From assembly GCA_028534125.1 (NCBI GenBank), contig CM052816.1, positions 76,014,001 through 76,078,000 on the forward strand: a stretch of DNA of 64,000 nucleotides, given 5' to 3'. The stretch comes from Lama glama. Its lineage: Eukaryota. Both the position numbers and the translations under genes were made by a program. The notes beneath the pieces are model-generated. The model was not told where the DNA came from. It saw only the letters and a program-made list of their open reading frames with translations, and did not search any database. Every line of letters begins with the position of its first letter. The stretch's first letter is position 1. Of this stretch, positions 25,905 to 38,600 are shown piece by piece.

Positions 25905-27455
25905 TCTGGGAAAATTGCAGACTAGATATACTGAAAACCTCTCCACTTCAAACACCCAGAAATGCTGGATGTAATACAACAATCACTCTTTAAAATGTGT
26001 GGCTGAACTCATAAGAAGATAGAATCTGAAGAAATTATGAAAAACATACTCCTATAAGACAAAGAATTTAACAATATTGTCTTTCTTTCAATCTCTTCTG
26101 AAAGAGAAGTTAAGGAACATGGAGGAAAGAATGAAAAGATCTAACATATATATATCAGGAAACTATAATTTGGAATGAAGGAGATGTAATATTTGAAAAG
26201 AAAGAGAGGGGCAAAAACTTACAAAAGTTGAAAGAATTAAAATACAGACTGAGGTGGTAGAAATAATTCCTGTCACATCAGTAATGGTGATAAATATAAA
26301 TGTACTAAATCCAGTGGTTAACTAATGAAAATTGTCAGGCTTGATTATAAAAAGTATGTATAATTAAAAGAAACATACATATGACATAAGCACAAAGGAA
26401 CATTGAAAATTAAAGGATGAAATATATATATCAGGAAAGTATTAAATAAAGCTAGTGTCAGTTACAAATCTGTAATATTTTCAGATAAATTTTAAGGTAA
26501 AAGCATTACTAGGGATTAAAGTGGTTACTTCATAATGATGAAATATATATTTCAACAGAAAGATACAGCAATTCTAAACTTGTAGGCATCTAATAACAGA
26601 GTTATATAAAACAAAAATCAACAAAATTTCAAGGAAAAATTGACAAGATTTTCAGAAATGTCTCTCAAATCTGGTAGACAGTATAACGAAAATTAGAGAA
26701 CATATGAAGATTGGAACATCTGATTTTTTAAACCTAAAAAGATTTAGATATAAAAAATAGACAAAGAAAGTATGAAAGAGGAAATTTATAGATCAGCCTC
26801 ATTTGTGAACATAGATTTTAAATCCTGAACAAAATATTAGTAAATCAAATACAGGAATATGTATGTTATACATTATGTACGTGTATATAAATGTTAACAC
26901 ACATATATTTTATGTAAATATAAAATAATACATACTTAAACCAATGCATCTTGACCAAGTTAGATTAACCCAAAATACTAAAATAATTTATGTTAATATA
27001 ATTAGCACAATAGTAGATCAAAGGAGACAAAAAAGCTTATGACCAGTTCAGTAAGTGGCAGGAAAAAAAAAGTGTTAGCATTTGATAACCATTTATGAGA
27101 AAACCAAGCTCTTGGAAGACTAAGAAGAGAAGGAAACTTCCTTATCCATGAAAGTGAATCTACTAAAAGTCTTCTAAAACCATTATTATTCCCGGTGACC
27201 TACTGGAAGCATTCCCTTGCAAATTAGGACTAAGGTGGTACTGTTTGCTAATAATGTATGGTTTCAGCTATATACCATAAGTCTTAGCCTGTGCACAAGG
27301 AAGGAAAAGAAATCAGATGCAAAAGGACTGAAAAGAAATCAATAATAATTTGCATAACTTATGATTGTCCACATTAAAAATCTCAAGAGTTTCTTTAAAA
27401 ATATAATTGCTGGATTTATATAAGAAAATAATTTGCATAACTATATACTGACAAT
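25905..27455 (+). mobile_element. Old, heavily deleted L1M (5' region and ORF2 remnants)
   Basis: A-rich strand with ORF2 remnants, e.g. gaacatagattttaaatcctgaacaaaatattagtaaatcaaat, gaaggaaacttcctt, ctggaagcattcccttg. Confidence 0.7.
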
Positions 27456-27649
27456 GTGCACTTGTAAAATAACTTGTTTGACTTGGTCGTTATTCACTCC
27501 CTGGAGCTGTAGAGAAGCAACCCTTAATGCAGGTTAAGGGAGCTCTTTTTTCTATCTGAACACAAAAGCAGGTTCTGTTAGTAACATATTGAGCAGGCAA
27601 GAGACAGTGTCTGCCGTACTTCACCAAATTATCTGTGTAGATGGGCATG

Positions 27650-29122
27650 TTTTATGTGTTCTCTGTGTGCTTGAAATAGATGCTTAACCTCTAATCGCTG
27701 GTTGCAGATATTCTATGCACTTGTAGAATGGGCCACCTATATCCATTCTATGAAATTTCTAAACTGTGGTGTTCAATCTCAGGCAATTTTAACTTTTTGA
27801 GTGTTTGATCTATTCAGTTTCTAAGAGTTAGAGCTTCTAATGCTAAATTATACCACTTGTTTTGTGATCTGTCAGTTAAAACTGTTCGCATTTATACTGT
27901 ACTATTTTTACTGAAGTACTTGGATATATTCCTACCATCATTTTTTTCCTTATGATCATCCTTTTTTTGTTGCTTTATCCCTTTTTGTTTTCTTATGTCT
28001 TGTTTCTGCTTCATCTTCCATGCTTTGGGAAATTGCACGGTCTACTACTTCAGTGCTTCTCTTAAATATTTAGTATGTATATTTAACCAGAGTTTGAAAT
28101 TAATTAGTATATTTACCATTATCCAAAATAATACAAAGATTTTAGATGATGATCTCTATCTACTCTCCTATGGTGTGTGTCATACTTATCTAGTATTTTA
28201 CTTCCAATTTGTTTTTTAGCCCTTCTCTTACAAATTAATAATTTTTACCATCAGTTTTTATTAAGACTTACTCTGTTTTCCAAATTTTAATTTTATTTGC
28301 TCACTGTTGCTTCTTGTAGATTACTTCTTTATTAGAGGTTCAATTTCCTTTTTGCAGAAGTGTTCTTCCACTGATTCTTGTAGCCAGAGTCTGAAAGAGT
28401 AAGCTTGTTTTTTCCCCCCTTGTATCATCCGGTTTCTGTTTTTCAACTTTTGAATGATTATTTAGCTGGGAATAGAGTTTGACATTGACAGTTGTTCTTC
28501 TTTTAGCATACTTTAATAGTTATCTCTTTGACCTTTTGTTGATGTGAAATCTCTTGTGAATCTGATTGCTTCCCTTTTCTTTTTGAAAACCTTAGATTTC
28601 TTTCAACAGTTTCTTTTAGTGTTTGATATTTTACGCATATTTATTTATATTTATTTTATCAGTCCTGCTTCTTTTAAATGAAAATTTATCAGCCATATCT
28701 TTGAATATTTTTCTTCACCAGTATCTATATATACTGTCCTTATAAAATTCTCACTTGAGCTTGAGTTTCTCACTCTCTTGTTTCTGTTTCTTAATCTCTC
28801 TCGTGTTTCACATCTTGTTATTTCAGGTATATTTTTGATCATTTTCTTACATGTATCTTCTAGTTTGCTATTTCTATCTTCAACTGAAAGTATGCTGTTT
28901 TACCTGTCCTAAATTAAATTTTTTTGTGTGTATATGTATGTGATATGCATTATTCACACAGAAAAATGTGTCAAATATACATAGTAATATAAAATGCATG
29001 TACTCTCTACTTAGGTAGCAAAGTAGAATACTACTAATACCTTAGATTCTTGTGTGTCTCTCTCCAATCATACCATCAACCACTAGGTAGGTAATCATTG
29101 TGCTGACTTTTTGTTAATTATT
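27650..29122 (-). mobile_element. Old L1M fragments, antisense
   Basis: T-rich strand with L1M ORF1/inter-ORF antisense motifs (gaatgattatttagctgggaatagagttt..gttgatgtgaaatct..atatctttgaatattttttcttc-like). Confidence 0.6.
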
Positions 29123-29572
29123 TGTATTAGTCAGGATTCTCCAGAGAAACAGAACCAATATAATGTGTGTGTGTAAAAGAATTGGCTTATGTGATTATAG
29201 AGGCTGACAAGTCCAGAAACTGCAGCATAGGCCAGCAGGTCAGATACCCAGGGAATAACCTATTTCGCAGTTCAAGTCTAAAAGCTATTAGGGTGGTGAC
29301 CCAGGGAAGAATTGCTGTTGAAGTCCAAAGTAAGTGTGCTGGCAGAGTTCCTTCTCACTCACAAGAGGTCAGTCATTTGATCTGTTCAGGCTTTCAACTG
29401 ATTGAATGAGGCCTGTCCACATTATGGAGGGCATTCTCTGTCACTAAAAGCCCATTGATTTAAAAGTTAATTGCATCCAAAAATATCCTCAAAGAAATAT
29501 TCATAATAATGTCTGATAAAATATGTGGACACTATGGCCCACCCAAATTCACACATAAAAGTAAGCATCACA
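29123..29572 (-). mobile_element. MLT2-type LTR (3' LTR of ERV-L)
   Basis: tgtattagtcaggattctccagagaaacagaaccaata..ggctttcaactgattgaatgaggcctgtccacattatggagggc..acacataaaagtaagcatcaca; TG..CA ends; polypurine-tract-like gacaaggggtggact on the minus strand directly adjacent (29573-29587). Confidence 0.92.
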
Positions 29573-32275
29573 AGTCCACCCCTTGTCAGCTTGGCATCCA
29601 TACACATCTCCTTAAGCTATACTTAATCTCCACATAAAACAGTATCAAGGTCGTAATTATACCTAACATGATAAAACTGTCTTATGTTGTCTCTAGATTG
29701 TCTATCCCAGTAAGAACAAAATGCTGTCCTTTCCGTGATGGAAGTGGCTCAATAAAATAAACCTGCCACCAGGTAGCTGGCTGATAAACCCAGGGAATGG
29801 TACCATACCAGAGACTTAGTGTTGATTTCTGCTGCTGGCTGATTGAGTGCTCAGCAGTGGCTCTGGTCAGGTCTCCTTTGGATAATAGAAATCCATGCTG
29901 CTGAGTCCATGCATAATGTTCATTCATGCCACCATGGTTCATGAGCCCATTGGGTGATGACAGGGGTGGCTGGTAAAAGAGGCTGACAGGTATGCGCAGA
30001 ACAGATCATACTATCCCCTTGGTTATTAAAATCTTATTCTAAGGTCATCTTTCAGTGAGTATTCAGATGGGACACAAATATCACATTTTTTTTTGCCCAT
30101 TCATAGAGGTTTAATTATATAGTTCTTACCCAGACTTCCTTTTCATCACTTTTTCAGTTATAATTCTTCCAAGTCCCTGACTATCCAGCCAAACCATTGG
30201 CCACAGCCCACGAATTGGTATGTAAACACATATATTGCCATTTCTCCTTCCAAGCAGAATGAACCACCAGGTACACTGCACACTGGGAGGACTTCCCTTC
30301 ACCACTGTCCCTCAGGGATGCCCTAGAGAGCTGCAGTGCTGCAGCTGTCACTTTTGGGTGGTGCCTGCATATTGGAGAAAGCCATCTGTAAACCAGGTCC
30401 GTATATTCTCCTCAGTCAACTGATTGTAGGGATCTCCCTGTGAGGCCTTAGGTGCAGCCTGGGTGAGACAAGGTAGCGCAGCAGCAGTAGGGACTGCAGG
30501 CATTTGGGTCACTCCATGTAATTTCTTTGTGCCTTCAGGGCCTGCTTTGGCTCAGTCTCATATATACCACTTCCATTTGGTGACGGAGTGCTGCTTAGCA
30601 CACACAGCTTTATGTCTTGATGAGTCAGGTAACACCCAGTTCACGGTAGGCAGCTCAGGTCACATGGTAACTTCTTGGCCCATGGTTAAGTCTCCACTAA
30701 AGCCTAGTAGCAGACCAAGAGCTGCTTCTTAAAAGGGGAGTAGTTTTCTAAGAGAAGAGCAGGGCTTTGCTCCAAAATCCTAAGTGTAATGAGATTCACT
30801 TATAGAGGCATGCAGCAGGCTCCAACCAGCATCCCTATCTGCCACTGACACTTAAAGTACCCTTGGAGCTATTGGATCACATGGGTGAAGGGGCAAAGCA
30901 GCTTGCATAGCAGCCTGGATCTGTTGTAGAGCCTTCTCTTGTTCTGAGCCGCACTCAAAACTAGCAACTTTTGGGTCACTTAGTAACTGGGCCAGTTAGC
31001 GCACCTGAATGAGGAATGTATTGTGTCCAAAATCCAAAGAGACCCACTAGGCATCGTGTCGCTCTCTCTTATTATAAGAATGGTCAGATGAAATGAAACA
31101 GCTTATCCTTTACCTTAGAAGGGTTTTCTCAACATGCACTATACCATTTGGCCCCTAGAAATATCACTAAGATAGAAAGCCCTTGAATTTTTATCAGATT
31201 TATTTCTCACCCTCTGACATACAAATTTCTTACCAATAAGTCTAGAACAATTGCTGCTTTTTGCTCACTATCAGCATAGGTCCTATCAGCATAATGTCAT
31301 CAATGTAACGGACCAGTGTGAGACTTGTACAAAGTAAAGGCAATCAAGATCTCTTTGAACAAAGTGATAACATAGGACTGAAAAGTCAATATACCCCAGA
31401 CGTAGGGCAGTGAAAGTAAATTCTTGGCCTTACCAGCTGGAAGAAAACTGCTTCTGGGGGTCTTTATTAAAAGAAAATAAGGAGAAAGCATTTGCTATTT
31501 CATTAGCTGCATTACAGGCACCAAGTGATGTGTTAATTTGCTCAAGTAATGAAACCACACCTGTTGTAATGGCTGAAACTGGAGTCACTGTCTTGTTAGG
31601 CTTATGGTTATCCACTGTCATTTCCCAAGACCCACCTGTCATCTGCACAGGCCAAACAGGTTAGTGAATGGAGATGTGGTGAGAATCACCACCCTTGCAT
31701 CTTTCAAGTTTATGATGGTGGCACTAATCTCTATACCTCTCCAGGAATATGGTATTGCTTTTGGTTTACTATCTTTCTAGGTAGAGGCAGTTGTAGTGGC
31801 TTGCACTTGGCCTTTCTCACCAGAATAGTCCTTACTCTACAGGTCAGGGAACCAGTGTAGGGATTTTACCAGCTGTTGAGTATGTTTATTCTAACTGTGC
31901 ATTCCAGGTCTGGGAAAATAACCACAGGATGGGTTAGGAGACCCACCGGGTCCACTGTGAGGTGGACTTAAACTAAAACTCCATTGATCACCTGACCTTC
32001 ATCAGTCCTTATTCTGACAAGTGGACCACAGTGATGTTTTGAGTCTCCAAAACCCAAAATTTGGAAATTAGTGTAGTTCAGAGCCAGTGTCTAATAGTCC
32101 CTAAAAGGTCTTATGTGTAGTCACTTTGGTGAAAAACCATAGGTCCCTTTAGGAAAAGTTGGGAGAAAGATTAACGGTATAAATTTTTGTAGTGTACCAG
32201 GGTCCTTCCTCAAAGGGACCCAGCCTCTGCTTCATTGAAGGGTTTTGGGTCTATAACCTGGCTCAAGTCCTGGAT
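29573..32275 (-). mobile_element. ERV-L internal region: degenerate pro-pol (protease, RT, RNase H, integrase N-terminus)
   Basis: Minus strand: protease LLDTGS (32080-32097); RT GSWEMTVD..VVSLLEQINTS (ORF 31430-31648) and YIDD (31296-31307); integrase HGG..YAWTQQHG..PATWWQV..FVLTGID (ORF 29682-29942). Many stops and frameshifts. Confidence 0.93.
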
Positions 32276-32763
32276 GGATCTTAGGAGGCAAAAAGCATCT
32301 GGCAGGGCTATACTGTGGCCCAGGTACTGAACTGTTAATAGGGGTATTATCAGAGGGAGTAGGGTATTTTGAATTTTCTGCTTCTAAATTCACCATGGCT
32401 TACTTTGACTGCTCAGCAGTATATAAAAACAAAATAATTTCGTGAGATGAAATGGCTATCCTCAGCTGACCCAAATACCTGTACATGGAGAGAAGAGAAG
32501 GAACTTTATCAGAATATGGTCACGATAAGTTAAATAGAATTAAATGAAGCCAAGCTCACCCAAGCATTCTTCTTCAGGATGGAAAGATAGCATGGTGGCA
32601 GTAGGTATGTTTGTCTTGAATCCTTCTGTTCCAATTCAAACTGGTGCATTTGCTTATCTTTTGTATAGCTGTCATTCTCAGGTCGTCATTCTCTGTCCTC
32701 CTTTGGATTCTCATCACTTTTCCCTTTTTGGATTTCCTGTTCCTACTTCTTGTATGCCATTAG

Positions 32764-33292
32764 TATTAGTTTCCTGTGACTGCTGTAACAAATTGCCACA
32801 GCTTTGGTAGCTTAAAACAAACAAACAAACAAACAAACAAACAAACAAAATGCATCTTCTTACAGTTCTGGAGGCCAGAGTCCAGTTTCAGGGTCACTGA
32901 ACTGAAGTCAAGATGTTGACAGGACCATGTTCTCTGTAGAGGCTAAGGAAAGAATCTGTTCCTTGCTTTTCCAGCATCTAGTAGCTGCCATCCTTCCTTG
33001 GCTTGTGGCCACATCAATCCAATATTTAAGGCCAGCATCTTCAAATCTCCCAGCTTGATGGTGTTCTCCTCTGTGTGTGTCTACATTGTCTTCTCTGTGT
33101 CAAATATCCATCTGCCTTCCTCTTGTAAGGACACATATGATTGTATTTAGGGTTCATCTGGGTAATCCAGGATAAAGCACCTCAAAATCACATCTGCAAA
33201 GATGCTTTTTCCTATGGGTAATATTTTCAGGTTCCAAGGGTTAGGAAGTGAATATTCTTTTGTGAGTAGGGGCATTTTTTTCATCCTGCCAC
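32764..33292 (-). mobile_element. MLT1 (C/D-type) MaLR solo LTR with internal (AAAC)n
   Basis: tattagtttcctgtgactgctgtaacaaattgccaca..cttacagttctggaggccaga..ggtaatccaggataa..aatcacatctgcaaag..cctgccaca. Confidence 0.9.
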
Positions 33293-33304
33293 ACATTATC
33301 CTCC

Positions 33305-33628
<324 letters not shown>

Positions 33629-33739
33629 ATTCTTGCTCTCTTTGTTGGGTACAGCCTTTAGTAGCTTTGGAGAATGAATGCATGGGAAAAAGTGAAATGC
33701 TGTAATTTTTATTATACCTCATATTTGATTGTGCCTTTG

Positions 33740-35002
33740 TATGTAGAGTGTTAGTAATGAAAAGCATAGCTCTCTTTTCTTGCTGTTCTTCATCAATTCC
33801 ATTTCAGAACAGTTTGAGCATTTGAAGTATTAATTTGTAAGTTTCCTGCAACAGTATAAACATTTTTGGAAGTAAATCCTTTACCTTGTGCTTGCATTCC
33901 TTTAAGGCCTGTGGAAATTTTTGATCAAGATATTCAATGAATGGAGCACAAAACTTGGTTGGAAATTGTTTAATCAATATCAATTATTAAAATGAAGCTT
34001 GAAAATAAGAAAGCAGTGACCTTTATTTTACAAAACCAAGTGATGCATTGAACAAAGTAAATGATGAGGACTCAAATGGTTTAATTTTTAAATCTGTAAT
34101 TTTGATTTTGATCATCTTGAGACCCTTTTGATGGAGTTCCTAGTTTTAATTTGATAAATTCAATTTCTGTGCCAGAATGGGATATATTGAGAAGAATTTC
34201 AGTTTTCTACCATTTAAATTTCAATTTACTTAATGAATTTTATTTGGTAAAAATATTTGTTAAGTAAGTTACTCTGAAAATATTTGACTGAATGATGCAA
34301 TAAGGAGAAATTATTACTCTGAAGTTACCGGGTACTTCAGACTCTATAGGGAAAGTAGTTTTTTAAATTAAAAATTCAGCCTACAGAGAAAAAGCCAACA
34401 ACAGGTGTCAACATTTTCCAATTTATTAACCTTAAGTGTAGACAATTGAAGTCAATTTTATGAAAACAATTAAAACTACATGACCATAACAAAAGAAACA
34501 TTCTTCATAAAAATACAGATTACACATTATTAGAGACAGAGATGGCTAAAAAAATAACTAACATAAATAAATATATACCAAAAGTAATAGTTTTGCTTAT
34601 TATTTGTTGTTCAGAAAATTGATATGAAAAGTTATTTTGCTTTAATGTAATAAACATGTTATTTTTCAAACTTTTTTTATTGAGTTATAGTCATTTTACA
34701 ATATTGTGTCAAATTCCAGTGTAGAGCAGTATTTTTCAGTTATACATGAACATACATATATTCATTGTCACATTTTTTTTTTCACTGTGAGCTTCCACAA
34801 GATCTTGTATATATTTCCCTGTGCTATACCGTATAATCTTGATAAACATGTTATTTTCCTTAGAAGCAATTTTATTTTTGAAGCTAGTTTTCGATAGAAC
34901 TGTCAGTGAAAAAAACCAACTTGTCAGGAAAGAAATTTATAGAAATTATCTAGTTTTAAAGTGTCCTGGTTAGGATGACAGATTGATTATATGATCACTT
35001 TA
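33740..35002 (+). mobile_element. BLACKJACK-type hAT DNA transposon, 3' part (degenerate transposase C-terminus and terminal repeat)
   Basis: ttaccgggtacttcag (LPGTS)..tacagagaaaaagccaa..ggtgtcaacattttccaatttattaacc..cattcttcataaaaatac; terminus gtgtcctggttaggatga..attatatgatcacttta resembles the BLACKJACK end as recalled. Confidence 0.7.
34666..34841 (-). mobile_element. Short young L1 3' end inserted in BLACKJACK
   Basis: Perfect 16-bp TSD ataaacatgttatttt (34650-34665 / 34842-34857); T-tail side on the left; closely similar to 35423-35544. Confidence 0.9.
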
Positions 35003-35400
35003 TTCACATTATATATGACCTTTTTTTATATTTAGATGTTTATATAATCTTTTTATTTATTTGTATCTTGTGCTCTAAATTGTTGCTGTATTGTATGTTG
35101 GTGAAAATCTTGGGCCCCTTTCAATCTGGAAACTTATATCCTTCATTTTGGGGCAATATTTCTTGCAGTAATTCATTAAAGATTTCATTCCTTCAATTTC
35201 CATGTTTTCACTCTTTCTGTATTTTCTATTCCTTGATCTTAGATCTATGAGATGGTTTTCTAATTTTCTTATCTTTTCTCTTTTTTCATCTCTTTTTGTT
35301 CTACTTTCTGGAAGATTTTCTTAACTTTATCTACCAACTCCATCACTGAGTGTTTCATTTTCATTATAATAAAAAAAAGATTTCCAAAAGCTCTCTTCTT

Positions 35401-36428
35401 GGCACATGAAAAAATCCTCAATTTTTTTAACATTTTTTATTGATTTATAATCATTTTACAATGTTGTGTCAAATTCCAGTGTTCAGCACAATTTTTCAGT
35501 CATTCATGGACATATACACACTCATTGTCACTTTTTTTCTCTGTAAAAAATCCTCAATATTGATAATCATAAGAGAAATGTAAATCAAACCCACAATATT
35601 ACCTCACACCCTCACAGAATGGGTATCATCAGAAAGGCCACAAATAGCAAATATTGGGGAGGATGTGGAGAAAAAGGAATCTTAGTAACAACGGTGGTGG
35701 AAATGTAAATTGGTGCAGCCACTATGGAATACAGTATGGAATTTCCTCAAAAAACTAAAAATAGAACTACCATATGATCTAGCAATTCCACTCCTGGGAC
35801 TATACCTGAAGAAAATGAAAACATTAATTTGAAATGATAGATGCATCCCAATGTTCATAGCAGCACTATTTATAATAACCAAGACATGGAAGCAACCTAT
35901 GGTGTCCACATGCAGACAAATGGATAAAGAAGATGTGAGATATCTCTATGTATCTATCAAAAGAGAGAGAGAGAATATTACTCAGACATAAAAAAGAATG
36001 AAATTCTTCCATTTGCAACAACATGGATGGACCTGAAGGATATTATGCTTAGTGAAGTAAATCAGATAGAGAAAAGATAGTGAAAGACAAATACTCTATA
36101 TTATCCCTTACATGTGGACTCTGAAAAGTAAAACAAATGAATGTATATAACAAAACAAAAACAGACTCATAGAGAACAACTAGTGATTACCAATGGGGAG
36201 ATGGAGGTGGGGAAGGTCAAGATAGGGGTATGGGATTAAGAGATACAAACTACCGTGTATAAAGTAAATAAGCAAAAAGGATATATAGTGTACAACACAG
36301 ACAAATATAGCTCTATCTTGTAATAACTAAATTAAATCTGTAAAAATATTGAATTACTATGTTGTTCACCAGATACTAATATGATATTGTAAATCAACTG
36401 TACTTCAATTAAAAAATAGAAAAAATAA
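35401..36428 (+). mobile_element. 5'-truncated L1
   Basis: ggcacatgaaaaaatcctcaat..aaatcaactgtacttcaattaaaaaa; 16-bp TSD caaaagctctcttctt (35385-35400) / caaaagctcacttctt (36429-36444), 1 mismatch. Confidence 0.95.
35423..35544 (-). mobile_element. Short young L1 3' end nested in the previous L1
   Basis: Perfect 14-bp TSD aaaaaatcctcaat (35409-35422 / 35545-35558). Confidence 0.9.
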
Positions 36429-37807
36429 CAAAAGCTCACTTCTTTTTTGTTGTCTGAATGTCTGTTTTATTTTTATAGTGTCTGTTCTTTTGCATGGATT
36501 CCCAAATGTTATTCTCTCTTTGAGGATATTAATGATGATTTTATTTATTCATTCATTTTTAAAGTTTTCTTCTCCCTGTATAGTGTTGGTTTCTTCCAAA
36601 GTGATTGTTTTGCATGTGGCTCTTTTAGTCTGTTGATGGACTATTCATAATTAAGATCCAGGGATTTAGAAGCTGATTGGAAGATCTGAGTGTGTGAATG
36701 AGGCTTTGAACATCACTGTAGGGCGATCAATATCTCTAGGTTTTGTCTCATGGCTGAGCTACTCAGGACAAGTCTGTTCTGTTATCCTACTAGATGGGAA
36801 AGCTCTGTGTTCTGGGAGCCATGCCATTTAGTATCAGGTATTCACATGGTCACTTAACTGTGCTCTTCTTGGTACACATCCCATACAGACCCTCAACTCT
36901 GACTGGCATATAGTTGCTGAGTATTGGTAGCTCCAGAATCTTTTAGGGTTCTGTGGTGGAATGGACTTGATGATTAGTTTTTCTGACTGCCAATTTTGTA
37001 TTGCTCTTTCTTGCATCTCCTAAGTCATATACACTGGTCCTGCTTTTCAGCTTTCAAAATTCTGTCACTGTTGTCTCCCCTGCTGCTCTCTTCATTTTTG
37101 TGGATTAAACACTTTTTCCCCTATATTTGGTAGGAGTGAGTAGAATTATATGCATGTGTTCAATCTGCCAACATAAACTTTATATAGATGCTTTATTACA
37201 ATCTTCTTCAAATCTATTTTTATAGTGATTTCATCATTTTCCCATTTCTTATTATTTTCTTCAGTTGTTTCAAACATGCTGATTTTTCTCATTTTTCACA
37301 TTGTAGAAATCCTCTAGTTGCTGAATTGAAACTTTATCAAGGTGTAACTATTTTCCTGTGTGGTTTATACTTTTTTAGACTGTGAATCTTTCTCATCATC
37401 CGATACAACTCCTCTCCACCCCCACTCCTCTGGGAGTTGCCTGCTTTGTTCATGGCAAAAATGTTGCTCTGGGATAGTTTTGTATTTCCATCTGCATTTC
37501 ACCTGCTCCAGACTAGTTTATGTTAGCTCGAGGCTTCCTGAATCTCATAAATCATGTCAATTCTGATTCTGCATGTGTGTGTTTTGGAGGCATGGGTCTT
37601 TCTTTATATTCTTTCCATGCAGAGAGCTGTCTTGTGGTTTGACTAGGCTGGTGGTGCTTCTTGCACAGAAAGGGCTGTTCTTCCAGGCTCCTGGCTTTGG
37701 GCAGAATAGCCAGTTCCAGTCTCTATCTTGAAAGGACTCAACACCTTGTATTTTAGGTTGACTTTCCCAGAAGCATTCTCTGAGATGAGGATATATGTTG
37801 TTTATTA

Positions 37808-38062
37808 ATTTTTTAATTTTTTTAGTTGAAGTATAGTTGATATATAATATTATATGTTTCAGGTGTACAATATTGTGATTCATAGTTTTTAAAGGTTATA
37901 CTCCATTTGTAGTTATTATAAAATAATAGCTATATTCCCTGTGCTGTACCATGTGTCCTTGTAGCTTACTTTATAACTAACAGTTTGTACCTCTTAATCC
38001 CTATCCCTGTATTGCTTCTCCCCACTTCCCTTTCTACTAATCACTAGTTTATTCTATCTGAA
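37808..38062 (-). mobile_element. L1 3' end
   Basis: tttttagttgaagtatagttgatatataatattatatgtttcaggtgtacaa..tattccctgtgctgtac..tttgtacctcttaatccc. Confidence 0.9.
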
Positions 38063-38444
38063 TCTAAAAAAAATAATTTATTAGTGAGTGTTTACAGAAA
38101 AAATAAGGGTTTCGGGAAATGGGACTGGATAGGGAATTTGGCCAACTAAGGTCATGGTTATCAAGCAAAGTCCCACCCAGGAAACTTGGTCTCAGGTCTG
38201 AAAGGCAGATTTAAAGTTTACACCTTAGAGCCCCACCCTTATCAGATGGGGTGGAGCTAGAGTATTTCTAAGCCAGTCTTTAGTTAAAGGCTTCCCCAGA
38301 AGGATGTAAGTTTCTGGAAGTTTTCTACTTGAGCTCTGTCAAAGGAATTATAGCAGCCTAGGGCCAACTCCTTAAAAAAAAAAGAAAAAAACGCAGGTGC
38401 TGGTTGTTCTACTGAAAGTACATGGGTGGGGATGTGAGGGGGTT

Positions 38445-38600
38445 GGGGTGGCTATAGCTCAGTGGTAGAGTGCCTGGCTAGCATCTACAAGGTCCTGGGT
38501 TCAATCCCTAGTACCTCCATTAAAAGAAATAAATAAACCTAATTAACTTCCCCCCCAAAAATAATAAAAACTTTTTGAAAAGTAAAAAAAAAAAAAAAAA
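38445..38600 (+). mobile_element. tRNA-derived SINE, Vic-1 type (camelid)
   Basis: ggggtggctatagctcagtggtagagtgc..aggtcctgggttcaatccctagtacctcc followed by aataaacctaattaacttccccccc and an A-rich tail; Pol III A box 38455-38465, B box 38498-38508. Confidence 0.88.

Larger units (their letters stand above)
35003..37150 (-). mobile_element. Old L1M (ORF1/5' region, antisense), interrupted by L1 at 35401-36428
   Basis: gggccctttcaatctggaaact-like..ttgttctactttctggaagattttcttaacttt..ttgtctgaatgtctgttttat.. Confidence 0.65.

Noticed and set aside
38445..38518. tRNA-Ala-like gene
   Set aside because: It has A and B boxes, but the stems are degenerate and it continues into the SINE-specific tail and poly(A); it is the head of a Vic-1-type SINE.
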